Assembly (NCBI GenBank): GCA_000004985.1
Contig: GG738851.1
DNA from: Naegleria gruberi
Taxonomy: Eukaryota
Direction: 5' to 3' (one strand)
Length of the DNA stretch: 64,000 nt
Of the stretch, positions 33,700 through 44,219 are shown in pieces; the first letter of the stretch is position 1; each line of letters opens with the position of its first letter. Both the position numbers and the translations under genes were made by a program. Under the pieces are notes generated by a model. That model saw only the letters and a list, made by a program, of their open reading frames with translations. It was not told the DNA's origin and did not search any database.

Positions 33700-33905
33700 T
33701 TGAGCTTGCTTGAAATGTGTTAGAATAATAGAACCGATACGAAGCTACCACTTTATTTGTTACATTATTCGAAAGTACAACAGAAACAGATGAAGGAATT
33801 GATGATCAACCTGTTTCACATATTCCAATTGTAATCATTGAAAAACAAGGGAGAAATTTAATTAGCCAATTTGAATAAACAATTTCTTTAATAAAATTTA
33901 AAAAA

Positions 33906-34778
33906 ATGGCTAAAAGCAAATCAACAACACCACAAAAATCCGGTGGCAACAAGAAGTCGACACCATCATCAAAAAAGACATCATCCTCTCCGGTACCACC
34001 ACAACCAGAATTTAACTGGAAACGATTTTTAATTTTATTCGCAATTTTTCTATTAATTTTAGGCTTGATGAAAACAATCGAGTTTTTCAGTCCAGCCTTG
34101 GAGAAGACCGAAGGAACACTTGATATGAGATCACAGGGTTACTTTAGTGAGCCTCCAGAAATTGAAGTTTTTGAATTGTTGGAAAAGTTGGGATCGGATG
34201 GAAGATTTTCTCACTTGATTATTCAATTTATTGATGCTTTTATGTTTGTTCCTATTTATTGTATGGTCTATTCATATTTGTGGCTGTTGCTTGGTGAAGG
34301 AAGTTGGAAACCATTGATGATTATTCTTGTTGGTTTGAATGCTTTGGTGGACACTGCTGAAAATTTGAGTGTCATTACCTTGTTGTTGTGTTATCCATTC
34401 TTTAGTGGTGTGATGAATGTCAAGACACTTGCAGAGTCAACTGAACCAATTATGAGTTTATTGAGTAAGAAAATTAGTAGTGGAGATTGGCAAAGCATTG
34501 GACAAGTTATTGTGAAAGGTTTGGCCAGAAGTTTACATTCATTGACACCAACCAAGTTTATGCTTGTTGGCTTATTCTTTACAGTCTTGATGGTAATGAC
34601 AATTTTATCACATTTAACTCATCAAGCAAAGGAGGAAGAAGAAGAGGAGGCAAAACAAGCCAAGGAAGAGGCTGAAGCAGCCAATAAGGAACTTCCTCCT
34701 ATTAAAATTAGGTTGGCAAAGGGAAGTACAAGATTCGAGGAAGTCATAGATGAGGATAGCTCTAAAAAGAATGATTAG
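33906..34778 (+). CDS. Multi-pass membrane protein with a K/S-rich N-terminus and a poly-Glu C-terminus, function unknown
   Basis: Hydrophobic segments include RFLILFAIFLLILGL, FMFVPIYCMVYSYLWLLLG, LMIILVGLNALV and FMLVGLFFTVLMVMTIL. Confidence 0.5.
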   Translation: MAKSKSTTPQKSGGNKKSTPSSKKTSSSPVPPQPEFNWKRFLILFAIFLLILGLMKTIEFFSPALEKTEGTLDMRSQGYFSEPPEIEVFELLEKLGSDGRFSHLIIQFIDAFMFVPIYCMVYSYLWLLLGEGSWKPLMIILVGLNALVDTAENLSVITLLLCYPFFSGVMNVKTLAESTEPIMSLLSKKISSGDWQSIGQVIVKGLARSLHSLTPTKFMLVGLFFTVLMVMTILSHLTHQAKEEEEEEAKQAKEEAEAANKELPPIKIRLAKGSTRFEEVIDEDSSKKND

Positions 34779-35187
34779 AAATTGATGTTGTTGTTGGAGA
34801 AGTACTACCCAAAGAGGAGGATGATTGATCTAGCTCTGAATTATTATTCATAATGAAGCTCAATGACATTGGATAAACTTTGTCAAATATTGGTAAATGC
34901 CTAATTTCAAAAAAGTATTGTGGCCATTTGACTAGACCAAATTCGTCTTTCAATTCATAGAATCGTCTCTTGAGAGTGGATAGACTACAATTGAGTGCTT
35001 TACAGGCCTGTTGTTGAGATAAATGCAATACTTGGAGCATTTGCTTTTCAGATATTGTCTTTCTAAAGACAAATTCCTTCTCACCCGAAGTTGTTGGCAA
35101 TGGTTTACAATATTCTCCCTTCCATATCATAGTGACATACTTATTACTCTTCTTGGTTCTTCTATCTACACCTTGAGATTCTCTCAT
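34762..35187 (-). CDS. RWP-RK domain protein (141 aa), a putative transcription factor
   Basis: KQMLQVLHLSQQQACKALNCSLSTLKRRFYELKDEFGLVKWPQY fits the RWP-RK consensus (..L...F.l...AAk.L.v..T.LKr.cR..Gi.RWP). Its 3' end overlaps the convergent gene at 33906-34778 by 17 bp. Confidence 0.55.
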   Translation of the reverse strand: MRESQGVDRRTKKSNKYVTMIWKGEYCKPLPTTSGEKEFVFRKTISEKQMLQVLHLSQQQACKALNCSLSTLKRRFYELKDEFGLVKWPQYFFEIRHLPIFDKVYPMSLSFIMNNNSELDQSSSSLGSTSPTTTSISNHSF

Positions 35188-35753
35188 TATTAGTTTGAAA
35201 TGGTTTTTTTGTATTATTTTATATCAAAATACATCCAGAAATTTGGCAGATTTTAAACAAAGTTTGAGATTGTCACAATGTTTAAAATCGAATATTTCTA
35301 GAATTACTTTCTTAAAATGTTCATAGTAATGCCTTAATCGGTGCGTATCTAGCAATGCTCGATTTCGATTATCTCCTTGACATACTTTTGTTTTCAACGC
35401 GTGTAAATGGAATAGAAAAAGAGATAGAGAACTTTCTGGGCATGATGTGTTTCATTACAAATTAATCTAAGGAGATTGATATTTAAAGGAATGATGTCAC
35501 ATCATGTCCCATTCGAATACATTTAGACAAACTTATGTACATTTTTGGTTTCGTATTGAGATTTGAATGAGGTTCGAAACACGAATTCAGACCCAACCTA
35601 ATTTGTCCATCGTTTCACGATATTTATCAACAACTTTCCAATACTTAATCTCAACTGCCTTATTTCTTAATTTTCAATAATTGCAATCGATAATAATTCT
35701 ATTTTTAAACCAATTATTCCATTTCAATACAAGACAAATCAATCTTAAAAAAA

Positions 35754-37496
35754 ATGGGAAAAAACTTTCGTAACAAAACATTGCCATCGGCCAATACCAG
35801 TCATTCGATGGCCTCGCCATTGCAAATCCCCTTTTCAGCTCGTACTTCAAATCAAAAGTCGCCAAAACATTATCTCCTTCCTAAACATTATCAAGAGATT
35901 GTCAAGTATTTTGTATCGAAGGAGAATACAAGTGATTTGGCTTTGATCTTGTTGAAAAGGTTATTCTCTCCTTCCGATTGGAAAATGTATTATTTTGATT
36001 ATAAAGAGTGGAATGAAAATGTTACAGAGTGTAGGAAAGATCTGAGAAAGATGATTCAAATGGGAACATTGCAATCACTCTTGAGAGGAAAGTATTTTGT
36101 GGAGGATTTGACTATAGTTCCTGTTGAACAGGTTGAGGAGGAGACACAAATTCCTATTCATGAGAGAGTGTTCGTGAGAAAGCCATACGTTCCGAGGAAG
36201 AAGGAAGAAGAAATAGTTGAGGAGGAACCAGAAACTAAAAAGAAAAAGAAGAGGAAGAATAAGAAGGTTGATCCAGAGGCTGAATTTGAATTGACTGCTG
36301 AGGAATTGGCGCATGATGGAACATTTGAAGGATTTGAAATTATGGGAGAGGAAGACAGACCACCTTTGGATGAAATTATCATGTTGAACGAAAGAAATTT
36401 GAAAAAGGATCCTAAAAAGGATAAAAAGGATAAAAAGAAGGTCACCAAACCAACATCTAAAAAACCTGAGGAAGAGGAGGAAGAAGTTTTCTTCTTTGAT
36501 GATGGAATTCCAGAAAAAGAAATTCCAGTCACTACAATTCATTTGGATTTTAATGCCATCAAGAAGATTTCAAGCTCTACCGAGCTCATTGATTGTGCAG
36601 AATTGGAATCTGTTGTACAAATATCTAAAAAGATGAATACAAAGGAAAATCAAACAACCAAAACAATATTCCAAGTAGTTGAAGGAGATATTTTGGAAGC
36701 AGCATTGGCCTTGAAGAAAAACTCAAAGGTCAATCCACTCGTGCTTGTCAGTGCAAGCCAAAATATCCCAGGTGGTTTATATGATAAGGGAGGAAATACA
36801 CAGGAAGAGGATATGTGCCGAAGAACTTCTCTAGCACTTTGCTCTGCTGATCCATATAGAATATCAGGTCGTACGTGGTTTTATCCATTGCCAGAGTTTG
36901 GAGGAATCTATGTAAACAATTGTCTCGTGATTAGAAAATCAAAATATGAAGGATATGCATTCTTGGAAAAGCCTACCAACATGTCAATGTTCTTATTGAG
37001 TCCTATAATTAATCCTCCAACAGAGAAGAAGAAATTAGTGGCAACAGAAAATTCTGGAGATGCAACTTCTGAGCCAGAATATGAATATTTCCTTCCTGCT
37101 AAACTCACAACCACAATGAAAAAGAAGATTGCCTCCTATTTGGAAGTTGCACTCAGTAAGGGACATGATGCTTTGGTACTGTCTGATTTTGGTTGTGTGA
37201 ATTCACATTCTAATCCTTCCTATCACATTGCCTCACTCTTTAAGGAAGTTCTAATGAGCGACTTGTTTAGAGACAAATTCAAGCATGTCTTATTTGCCAT
37301 TACTCTAGACACTGAACCAGACAGCAGATTGACCAGTATTATTGAAGATGTCGATGAAAGCTCAACAGTCGTCAGACAGGAAAGTTATGAAATTCAAAAG
37401 AAGAACAATCTCACCATCTTTTCTAAAATATTCAACAATAGTGAATCTGCACCAACTGTAGATGAACATTTCAAAAAGATCAAAGAATCATTGTAA
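35754..37496 (+). CDS. Protein with a microbial-type poly(ADP-ribose) glycohydrolase macrodomain (DUF2263/PARG-like). The N-terminal ~300 aa include a K/E-rich disordered stretch.
   Basis: The PARG signature GGG-X6-8-QEE and flanking residues are present: LVLVSASQNIPGGLYDKGGNTQEEDMCRRTSLALCSADPY. Compare the bacterial PARG ..NPGGGf..G..AQEEsL.RsS.L. Confidence 0.6.
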   Translation: MGKNFRNKTLPSANTSHSMASPLQIPFSARTSNQKSPKHYLLPKHYQEIVKYFVSKENTSDLALILLKRLFSPSDWKMYYFDYKEWNENVTECRKDLRKMIQMGTLQSLLRGKYFVEDLTIVPVEQVEEETQIPIHERVFVRKPYVPRKKEEEIVEEEPETKKKKKRKNKKVDPEAEFELTAEELAHDGTFEGFEIMGEEDRPPLDEIIMLNERNLKKDPKKDKKDKKKVTKPTSKKPEEEEEEVFFFDDGIPEKEIPVTTIHLDFNAIKKISSSTELIDCAELESVVQISKKMNTKENQTTKTIFQVVEGDILEAALALKKNSKVNPLVLVSASQNIPGGLYDKGGNTQEEDMCRRTSLALCSADPYRISGRTWFYPLPEFGGIYVNNCLVIRKSKYEGYAFLEKPTNMSMFLLSPIINPPTEKKKLVATENSGDATSEPEYEYFLPAKLTTTMKKKIASYLEVALSKGHDALVLSDFGCVNSHSNPSYHIASLFKEVLMSDLFRDKFKHVLFAITLDTEPDSRLTSIIEDVDESSTVVRQESYEIQKKNNLTIFSKIFNNSESAPTVDEHFKKIKESL

Positions 37497-37558
37497 AATA
37501 ATATCATCCATCATAGTAATTGATGACACACATGTAAAGAATCCTCACACATAAAAAA

Positions 37559-39868
37559 ATGTCTCACTATCTCAGGTCAACACCATTATTGTTGCCCTCT
37601 CTCAACAGCAAACCATCAACACTATTAAAACAATTGGTAGCCAAGGAGGATTCTGCAACATTATATCTTCATCCTCCGAATATTATTACCACAACAACAA
37701 CAGAGAGTGATGCATCCGAAACCCTTCTCGATGTTTACAAAATTAAACAAAAATTGGGTGAAGGATCTTTCGGTCAGGTTTATCTTGCAAAGATAAAATC
37801 GACAAAGGAAAGATTAGCACTCAAGAGAATTGTGACGAATTTGAGTGGAGATGAAACTGAGGATGAGACCGAAAAGATTATTTATGAAAATTTGCAGGAG
37901 TATTATACATTGCGTGATTTGAAAGATCATCCAGCCATTGTGAAGGTAAAGGACGTCTTTCTAATGAAGGACAAAGCATCACAACAGATTGGTCATGTGA
38001 GCTATTCTATGAAATTATATGAACATGGAAGTTTATTCGAATGGATTACTAAAAGAAAGGGAAGTAACAAGAAGATGGATTTTAGAATTTTAAAATCAAT
38101 CATGATTCAATTGTGTCTAGTATTGAAATTTATCCATCAAAAGGGTTTACTTCACAGGTGAGTATTAAAATTATAGAAAAATGGATGTTAATTTACTGTG
38201 TACAGAGATATTAAACCAGCCAATATCTTTATTGATTACTTGAAGACGGAAAAGACCTTCCTTCCAGAGGAATATTTCAAAGAGGAAGAATCTTCAATAG
38301 TTGTAATTTTGGGAGATTTTGGAACTGTTAGAAAGTACAATGAAGGATCTATGGTTCAAACTACAGTTGGATCCCAAATGTACATGTCACCTGAGATTTT
38401 ATATGGTGAAAATTATCAAGTGGATGCAGATGTTTGGTCTCTGGGAGCTTCTCTATTTGAACTTGCTACTTACAAGCCAAAACCAATAGCAATGATGCTC
38501 TACAAGAGAGAAGGTCCCACAATTAAAAAGAATTTGGAGGATGCTCTGCTCTTGAATAATGAATATATCAAGACAGAACAAGATTCTAATGATTGTTTGG
38601 AATTTATCAATTTAATAATGGACATGTTCACTCTGGAAGTTTCTAAAAGACCAACCATTGAAACCTTGCTCTCCTCTCCATGTTTAAAACCTCAATTAGA
38701 TAGAGTACTACTAATCACTTCCCAATACACCTCCCAAATGATTCAGGAAGAGAATGAGCTATTAGTGAAATTGGTAGAAGATTTGAAATACAATGTCACA
38801 TCAACTTCCTCTCAAGGATTGAAAACATTTATGAAAAAGAACCTTCTGGCAACCACAAAGGATAATGATGGCAAAAAGAATAATCTCTTACTTGTGGCAA
38901 GTTGGTGGAGTTCTAACTTGAGAATATTCCCGGTAGCTCCACAAAATGAAAATTCGCCTTTGGAAATATCTAATGTTCCCTACATATTGGAATTGAAATC
39001 AGATATAACCTGTGAACAAATGATGCCAGTAAGTGAGAGTGAGGTCATTCTTGGATTGCAATCTGGAGAAATTGTTAAAATTAGAAGAGAGGGCTCTCAT
39101 TCATTCAAGGAAATTTCCAGATTGAATGCACACAAGCATCGATTGAAATGCTTTAGACAACTCAATGATCAATATTTTGCTTCTGGTGCCTATAACAAAT
39201 CGGTAAAAATTTGGGATCTCACAAACTTGGAATGTGTTCAAACATTTAAACACGAAAGTGGACACGTCTTTGCGTTGGCTAGTACTAACTCATCAAGGAG
39301 TATACAAGAAACGTCCTTGTTCAGTGTTGGAGCAGATATGAGTATTTATGAATGGGATTTTGAAAAGTGTTTACAAAAGAGAGAAAAAGCTCACTCTGAT
39401 GAAATTTACTCCTGTCTCTACAATTCAAACAGTTCAATCCTCTTGACAGGATCTTTCAAGGAACTAAAAGGATGGGACAAGAGACAACATCAACCAATTA
39501 TCAACTTTTCACCTCATTCAAACTATATTAACAAAATTGTTGAAATTGAAAAGAGCTATGACGGACAGGAATTTAGAGATGGAAATCATTTCATTACATG
39601 CTCTAATGATGGATTTATCAAATTGTGGGATGTTAGAAAGTTACCAAGCAATAGCTCCACTTCATCTACCGACCAAGAATGCAAGTCGTTCAAAGTCAAC
39701 CTGGATGCTATCAAGACACTCCATGTTTATTCCAATACTATTTTCTATGGAACTAAGAGAGGTAGGATGGGAACACTTGATTTGAAAACTTTCACATCTA
39801 TCAAAACCTACAATGCCATTAAGGGAGTCGTTGGTGTAGTAGATGTTTCATCCATACAAATGTTGTGA
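37559..39868 (+). CDS. Ser/Thr protein kinase (NEK-like) fused to a C-terminal WD40 beta-propeller. It has two exons, 37559..38157 and 38206..39868, separated by a 48-bp GTGAGT..CAG intron.
   Basis: The kinase motifs are LGEGSFGQVYLAK, ALKRI, the splice-restored HR|DIKPANIFI, ILGDFGT and GSQMYMSPE...DVWSLG. WD repeats follow, with ..SVKIWDL.. and ..FIKLWDV... Confidence 0.8.
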
Positions 39869-39869
39869 A

Positions 39870-40877
39870 TTAACCACCAAAAGTCACAGTACTGAGAAGG
39901 AAAACCATCACTACAACTGAAATGGCAACGTAGAGGAGATTTCTTTTCATTATTCTAACAAAATCATGGTAATCCTTTGACATTTCAACAGGTTTTTTGA
40001 AAATCTTGAAAATTCTCAAATAATATATACACATCAATACATAGGGAACATCAGAAAATACCAATGCAACATCACGCAGAAATAACAAACGACCTAAATG
40101 ATCCAAACCTTGATCATGAATAACTTGCACAATATGAGTCAAACTAAAACTCAAAACAATCCAAAGCAAGTAATTCATTGCCTTAACCTTGCACTGCATT
40201 AAGGATCCATCCTGTTGAACAATCTCTGAAATGCTATTATTGAAAACTGATCGATTCCACTGTTTATCCAACAACATGCATGTAGTGAACAACATGACAC
40301 ATTCAGAAATGGTGAAATAGAACTGGTGCCAACTCAAACTATGAAAATCGTCATTGAAATAATTAAAGTGAGCTCCATATCCATAATAGACTCCAAACCA
40401 TCCGAGAATATAAATTGGAATGAGGGAGTAATTACAATTTCCACTCCAAATTAATTGAATTAAATTATTCAAACTCTGGTAAAATGAAATGACCATAAGA
40501 ATCGACACAAATACCAACCAAAGAGTCGTTCCTTCCACTTGATAATAGATATATTTGAAATTTCCTCTTGGATAAGGACCCTTAGCTCTTCCATCCCAAC
40601 AGTTACAAGAACATGTATTTCGCCATGTTGGATCATAGAAATCACTCTCCGATTCCAAAAGAGCATCATTGCATGCTGTACATGAGCCACCCTTAGTAAA
40701 TGGCTTAAACCACCCAAGACAATAGGGAACAATAAAATAAATAACATAAATACAGAGCATAATGATGCTAATTACTAGTAAGGTTCTCATCATGGCTATT
40801 AAGGAGGATTTTAAATTACTTGGCTGCTTATCGTGATGATGAGCAATTATCTCGTGTGAAGAATTTTCTGCTAGCAT
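39870..40877 (-). CDS. Multi-pass membrane protein with a Cys-rich extracellular loop, function unknown
   Basis: A 335-aa ORF with hydrophobic helices and a GGSCTACNDALL...CSCNCWDG loop. Its stop codon is 1 bp from the stop of the convergent kinase gene. Confidence 0.5.
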   Translation of the reverse strand: MLAENSSHEIIAHHHDKQPSNLKSSLIAMMRTLLVISIIMLCIYVIYFIVPYCLGWFKPFTKGGSCTACNDALLESESDFYDPTWRNTCSCNCWDGRAKGPYPRGNFKYIYYQVEGTTLWLVFVSILMVISFYQSLNNLIQLIWSGNCNYSLIPIYILGWFGVYYGYGAHFNYFNDDFHSLSWHQFYFTISECVMLFTTCMLLDKQWNRSVFNNSISEIVQQDGSLMQCKVKAMNYLLWIVLSFSLTHIVQVIHDQGLDHLGRLLFLRDVALVFSDVPYVLMCIYYLRIFKIFKKPVEMSKDYHDFVRIMKRNLLYVAISVVVMVFLLSTVTFGG

Positions 40878-40930
40878 TTGGAGGTAATTTTTTTATAGGT
40901 CATTATGCAATAATCAAGAACCAAGTTTAT

Positions 40931-42304
40931 TTAAAAGTTAATAGAGGCAGAACATCCCTTAGTAAGTAAGACAATGATTGGATAAACTGGCAATTGGAGT
41001 CCTTGTAAGGAAAATCTTTGTTGTGCTCCTTGCCTTATGGTGAGGGTTTTTGTGTTGCAATCAACTTCACAAAATATTTCATTAGAGTCAACAAAGTCCA
41101 ATCCTCGCAGAGTATTATTGAGAGTCTTGTCAGAACAAGAAAAGACATATCTATTACTTGTGAGAACGTCATAGTTGTGGTTGTTGAATGGAGATTTAAA
41201 ACATGTAAAATCCTTATTATCAAATACAGACTTTTGACAAACACCAATACCAATCCATTTACAAATATTTTTCAAGTCAACTCTCCACTCTACAACTCCT
41301 TCACTAATCTTCATTGAACTAATTACTACAGAATGTCCAGAATATGAGGTTTTGGTAAATAAATTTGCTTCTTTTGTAACATTATCTCTGTCATAGTAAA
41401 ATTCATCAGGAATAATATCTTGGATTGGATCTAAATGGCGATTGAGAAGGTAAGTAGTTGATGGAATATTAGCATTCACTCTTCCCAAATTTTCAATTGA
41501 ATCCAAAATTACTTTAAGCTTGTGTTTGTCACTTTCCAAACAAAAGTTGTTCAATTGTTCTGCACTACTAAATCTCAAATTGTTTTCCATCTTGTCATAG
41601 GTGCTATAAATTTTCTTTTGTAACAATATCTTGTTTCTAATCAGATCAATCTTTGACATTTCTTCAATTTTATCAATATTAATAAGAGCTTCCTTTTCAA
41701 TTACTTGCTTCATTTCTAAAATCTCTGTAATCAAGTTAATTCTTTCCACGGCCATGTCATTTAATGACTTTTTCAAGTATTCTCTTCTACTATTGGTCTT
41801 GTTAATTACTTCATCGAAGAGTTCATCAATTAAATCCATCTCAGCAATTTTTCGAATTTCAATTTGATGTAGTGTTTCATCCAATTTTGCACTCCCACCA
41901 ATCAAGTTATCAAATTGCAAAACTCTCTTTTGCAAGGTTTCCAAATCGACTCGGAATTTAATTTTCTCTTCATTGTAAATTTGATCAATCAAGAAACAAT
42001 CATGCAATTTATGCATCTCCAAACCACAAGCAGAACAAATAACTTGTTGACAATTTTTACAATAAGTATTGATCGGACAAGCATGAACATGACAAATTTC
42101 ATGATGATTCAAAATTAAATTATTAATTGGTAATGATGATGAATTATTATGCATCAATTCTTCCACAACGTGATCGGGATGTTTCTTTGCATGTCTCTTT
42201 CCATCACCAGAACAATAAAACAATCCACAATCATTGCAACGATATTTAGCCTCCACATGTTCACTCAAATCATCCAAACAAACCGAACAACTTTCTACTC
42301 GCAT
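40931..42304 (-). CDS. B-box zinc-finger / coiled-coil (TRIM-like) protein, 457 aa
   Basis: The N-terminal Cys/His clusters are CSVCLDD...CNDCGLFYCSGDGKRHAKKHPDH and HHEICHVHACPINTYCKNCQQVICSACGLEMHKLHDC. A long coiled coil follows. Confidence 0.55.
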   Translation of the reverse strand: MRVESCSVCLDDLSEHVEAKYRCNDCGLFYCSGDGKRHAKKHPDHVVEELMHNNSSSLPINNLILNHHEICHVHACPINTYCKNCQQVICSACGLEMHKLHDCFLIDQIYNEEKIKFRVDLETLQKRVLQFDNLIGGSAKLDETLHQIEIRKIAEMDLIDELFDEVINKTNSRREYLKKSLNDMAVERINLITEILEMKQVIEKEALINIDKIEEMSKIDLIRNKILLQKKIYSTYDKMENNLRFSSAEQLNNFCLESDKHKLKVILDSIENLGRVNANIPSTTYLLNRHLDPIQDIIPDEFYYDRDNVTKEANLFTKTSYSGHSVVISSMKISEGVVEWRVDLKNICKWIGIGVCQKSVFDNKDFTCFKSPFNNHNYDVLTSNRYVFSCSDKTLNNTLRGLDFVDSNEIFCEVDCNTKTLTIRQGAQQRFSLQGLQLPVYPIIVLLTKGCSASINF

Positions 42305-42509
42305 TTTTTACTATTAGAAACGTTCTAACTTCTTCTTGCGCTTTCATCTTTACACCAAGTTCTTCTTAATCTTCTTTTTCAAATTGCAAGTTTCATTTAA
42401 AAGCCTTAAATCATCTGTTGCACATGTTGAATTTATTTTTTTTTGAAAATCGTAAATAACAAAATGGCGGGAAGTTGCAACGTCAAGTTCATCTCAAAGA
42501 TTAAAAAAA

Positions 42510-44219
42510 ATGTTTGACAAGCCAAGTAATCTCTGCTCTCAGTCTTTTGATATTGAAAAACAAGTTTGCTTTTCCAACTCCTCTGATACTGATGTGGTCG
42601 ATTTGTTTTGGATTGATTATTCGGGTGCTGAGGTTTTTATTAGTACCATTGCTCCAAAGCAACAAGTTGGACAGAAAACCTTTGCTACTCATCCCTTCCT
42701 GATGAGAAGTTTATTGAGCAGAAAGATTGTGGGCTTGTTTGTGATTGATGAGCAATTGCCCGATCGATCAACATTGAAATATGGTGAAAATAATTATAAT
42801 ACAAGTGGCAACAGTAAAAGTAGTGGTGGAATGATTCCTACACCTGGTGATGCTCCACCTCGTTTGTTTGAAAAGATTACTTATAGAAATAGTATTGTAG
42901 GAAGTCAAGATCAATATTATGGTTTGAAATCAGCAACTGGAACTTGGCCTGCAGAGCTACATGTAAAGAATAGAACTGGACATAATTTGGAGTCTTATTG
43001 GATTGATTTTGAAGGTAATTTGAGAAGTTATGGAATTTTGGATTCTGGAAAGAATTTTGATAGTATGAGTGGACATGGTCATATCTTTCTTTTCAAAACT
43101 CCTGATGGTTCCTATCAGAAGATAATTACTGCCTCATCTGAAAAACCTTCTCAATTCCTCGATCCTGATGAAATTGAAATTACTGCCTCAGTGATAGATT
43201 CACCTTCAGAAACTAGTTGTCACTCTATTCTTGAGAAGCATATTCAAGGAAGGTGTGGACGTGCACTCAAGTTTTTCACTGAACCTCACATTGATCGGAT
43301 CATTTCAGAAATTGAAACCAAACTCAAACAAGAAGGAAAACGATTCATTGATGAAGACTTTTTCCCAGGAGATAATTGGAAGAGAGCTAGTGATTATTTC
43401 AAAAATCAAGCCAGTATTTTCAAAGGTGATATTTCTCCAAAAGCACCAATACAAGGAGGAGCAGGTGATTGTTGGTTAATCCAATCAATGAGTGGAGCAG
43501 CCACCTTACCAGACAAGATTAAGGAAGTATTTTGCAAGTGTGAACATATTGATCCATCATTGGGATTGTTTGTCTTGTCTTTCCATTCAACAGATGGTTC
43601 AAAAATATTCATTCTCTTGGATGATTACTTTCAATTTACATCAACCAATTTTAAATGTTCAAGGAGTAGTACAGTTGGAGAATTGTGGGTTCCGTTAATT
43701 GAGAAGGCATTTGCAAAACTGTGTGGAAGCTTTGAATCCCTTCATCCAGTTGTTGGAAATCATGGTATTAATCCTGCTGAAGTGTTGTTGTACTTATTAA
43801 GCGGCAAAAATGGTAAAAACATTCAATGGTACTCTGCTGAGGGGAAAACTATAATCTCTCAGGGAAAATTCTATCCACTCGTGGAGAGTTTATTGGACAG
43901 TAAAAAGAGCGTACCAGTCTGTACCAGTAATGCTAATACCAAGGAGGGCTATGTTGATGAGTATGGAATTGTTCACTATCATGGATATTCCATGTTGGGT
44001 TATAGAAAATATCCTCAACACGGCATCAATCTTCTCCACATAAGAAATACATGGTCCAAACAGGAATGGAATGGTTTGTGGTCTGATAATTGTGTACAAT
44101 GGGCCAAATATCCTGATATTGCCAGTGAACTGAGAAGTGTTTCAGAAGATGGATGCTTTTGGATATCATATGATGATTTTGTAAATCACTTTTGTGTACT
44201 TTGGTGGAATGAATTTTAA
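42510..44219 (+). CDS. Calpain-type cysteine protease (catalytic core only, no penta-EF-hand), 569 aa
   Basis: The catalytic Cys motif is QGGAGDCWLIQSMSGAA. The His region is VHYHGYSMLGY. The Asn/Trp region is IRNTWSKQEWNGLWSD. Confidence 0.7.
   Translation: MFDKPSNLCSQSFDIEKQVCFSNSSDTDVVDLFWIDYSGAEVFISTIAPKQQVGQKTFATHPFLMRSLLSRKIVGLFVIDEQLPDRSTLKYGENNYNTSGNSKSSGGMIPTPGDAPPRLFEKITYRNSIVGSQDQYYGLKSATGTWPAELHVKNRTGHNLESYWIDFEGNLRSYGILDSGKNFDSMSGHGHIFLFKTPDGSYQKIITASSEKPSQFLDPDEIEITASVIDSPSETSCHSILEKHIQGRCGRALKFFTEPHIDRIISEIETKLKQEGKRFIDEDFFPGDNWKRASDYFKNQASIFKGDISPKAPIQGGAGDCWLIQSMSGAATLPDKIKEVFCKCEHIDPSLGLFVLSFHSTDGSKIFILLDDYFQFTSTNFKCSRSSTVGELWVPLIEKAFAKLCGSFESLHPVVGNHGINPAEVLLYLLSGKNGKNIQWYSAEGKTIISQGKFYPLVESLLDSKKSVPVCTSNANTKEGYVDEYGIVHYHGYSMLGYRKYPQHGINLLHIRNTWSKQEWNGLWSDNCVQWAKYPDIASELRSVSEDGCFWISYDDFVNHFCVLWWNEF

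Noticed and set aside
36075-36542. Antisense ORFs (36075-36542, 36158-36532) inside the PARG-like gene
   Set aside because: They lie over the GAA/AAG-rich (K/E) region, where the reverse strand is TTC/CTT-rich and stop-free by composition.
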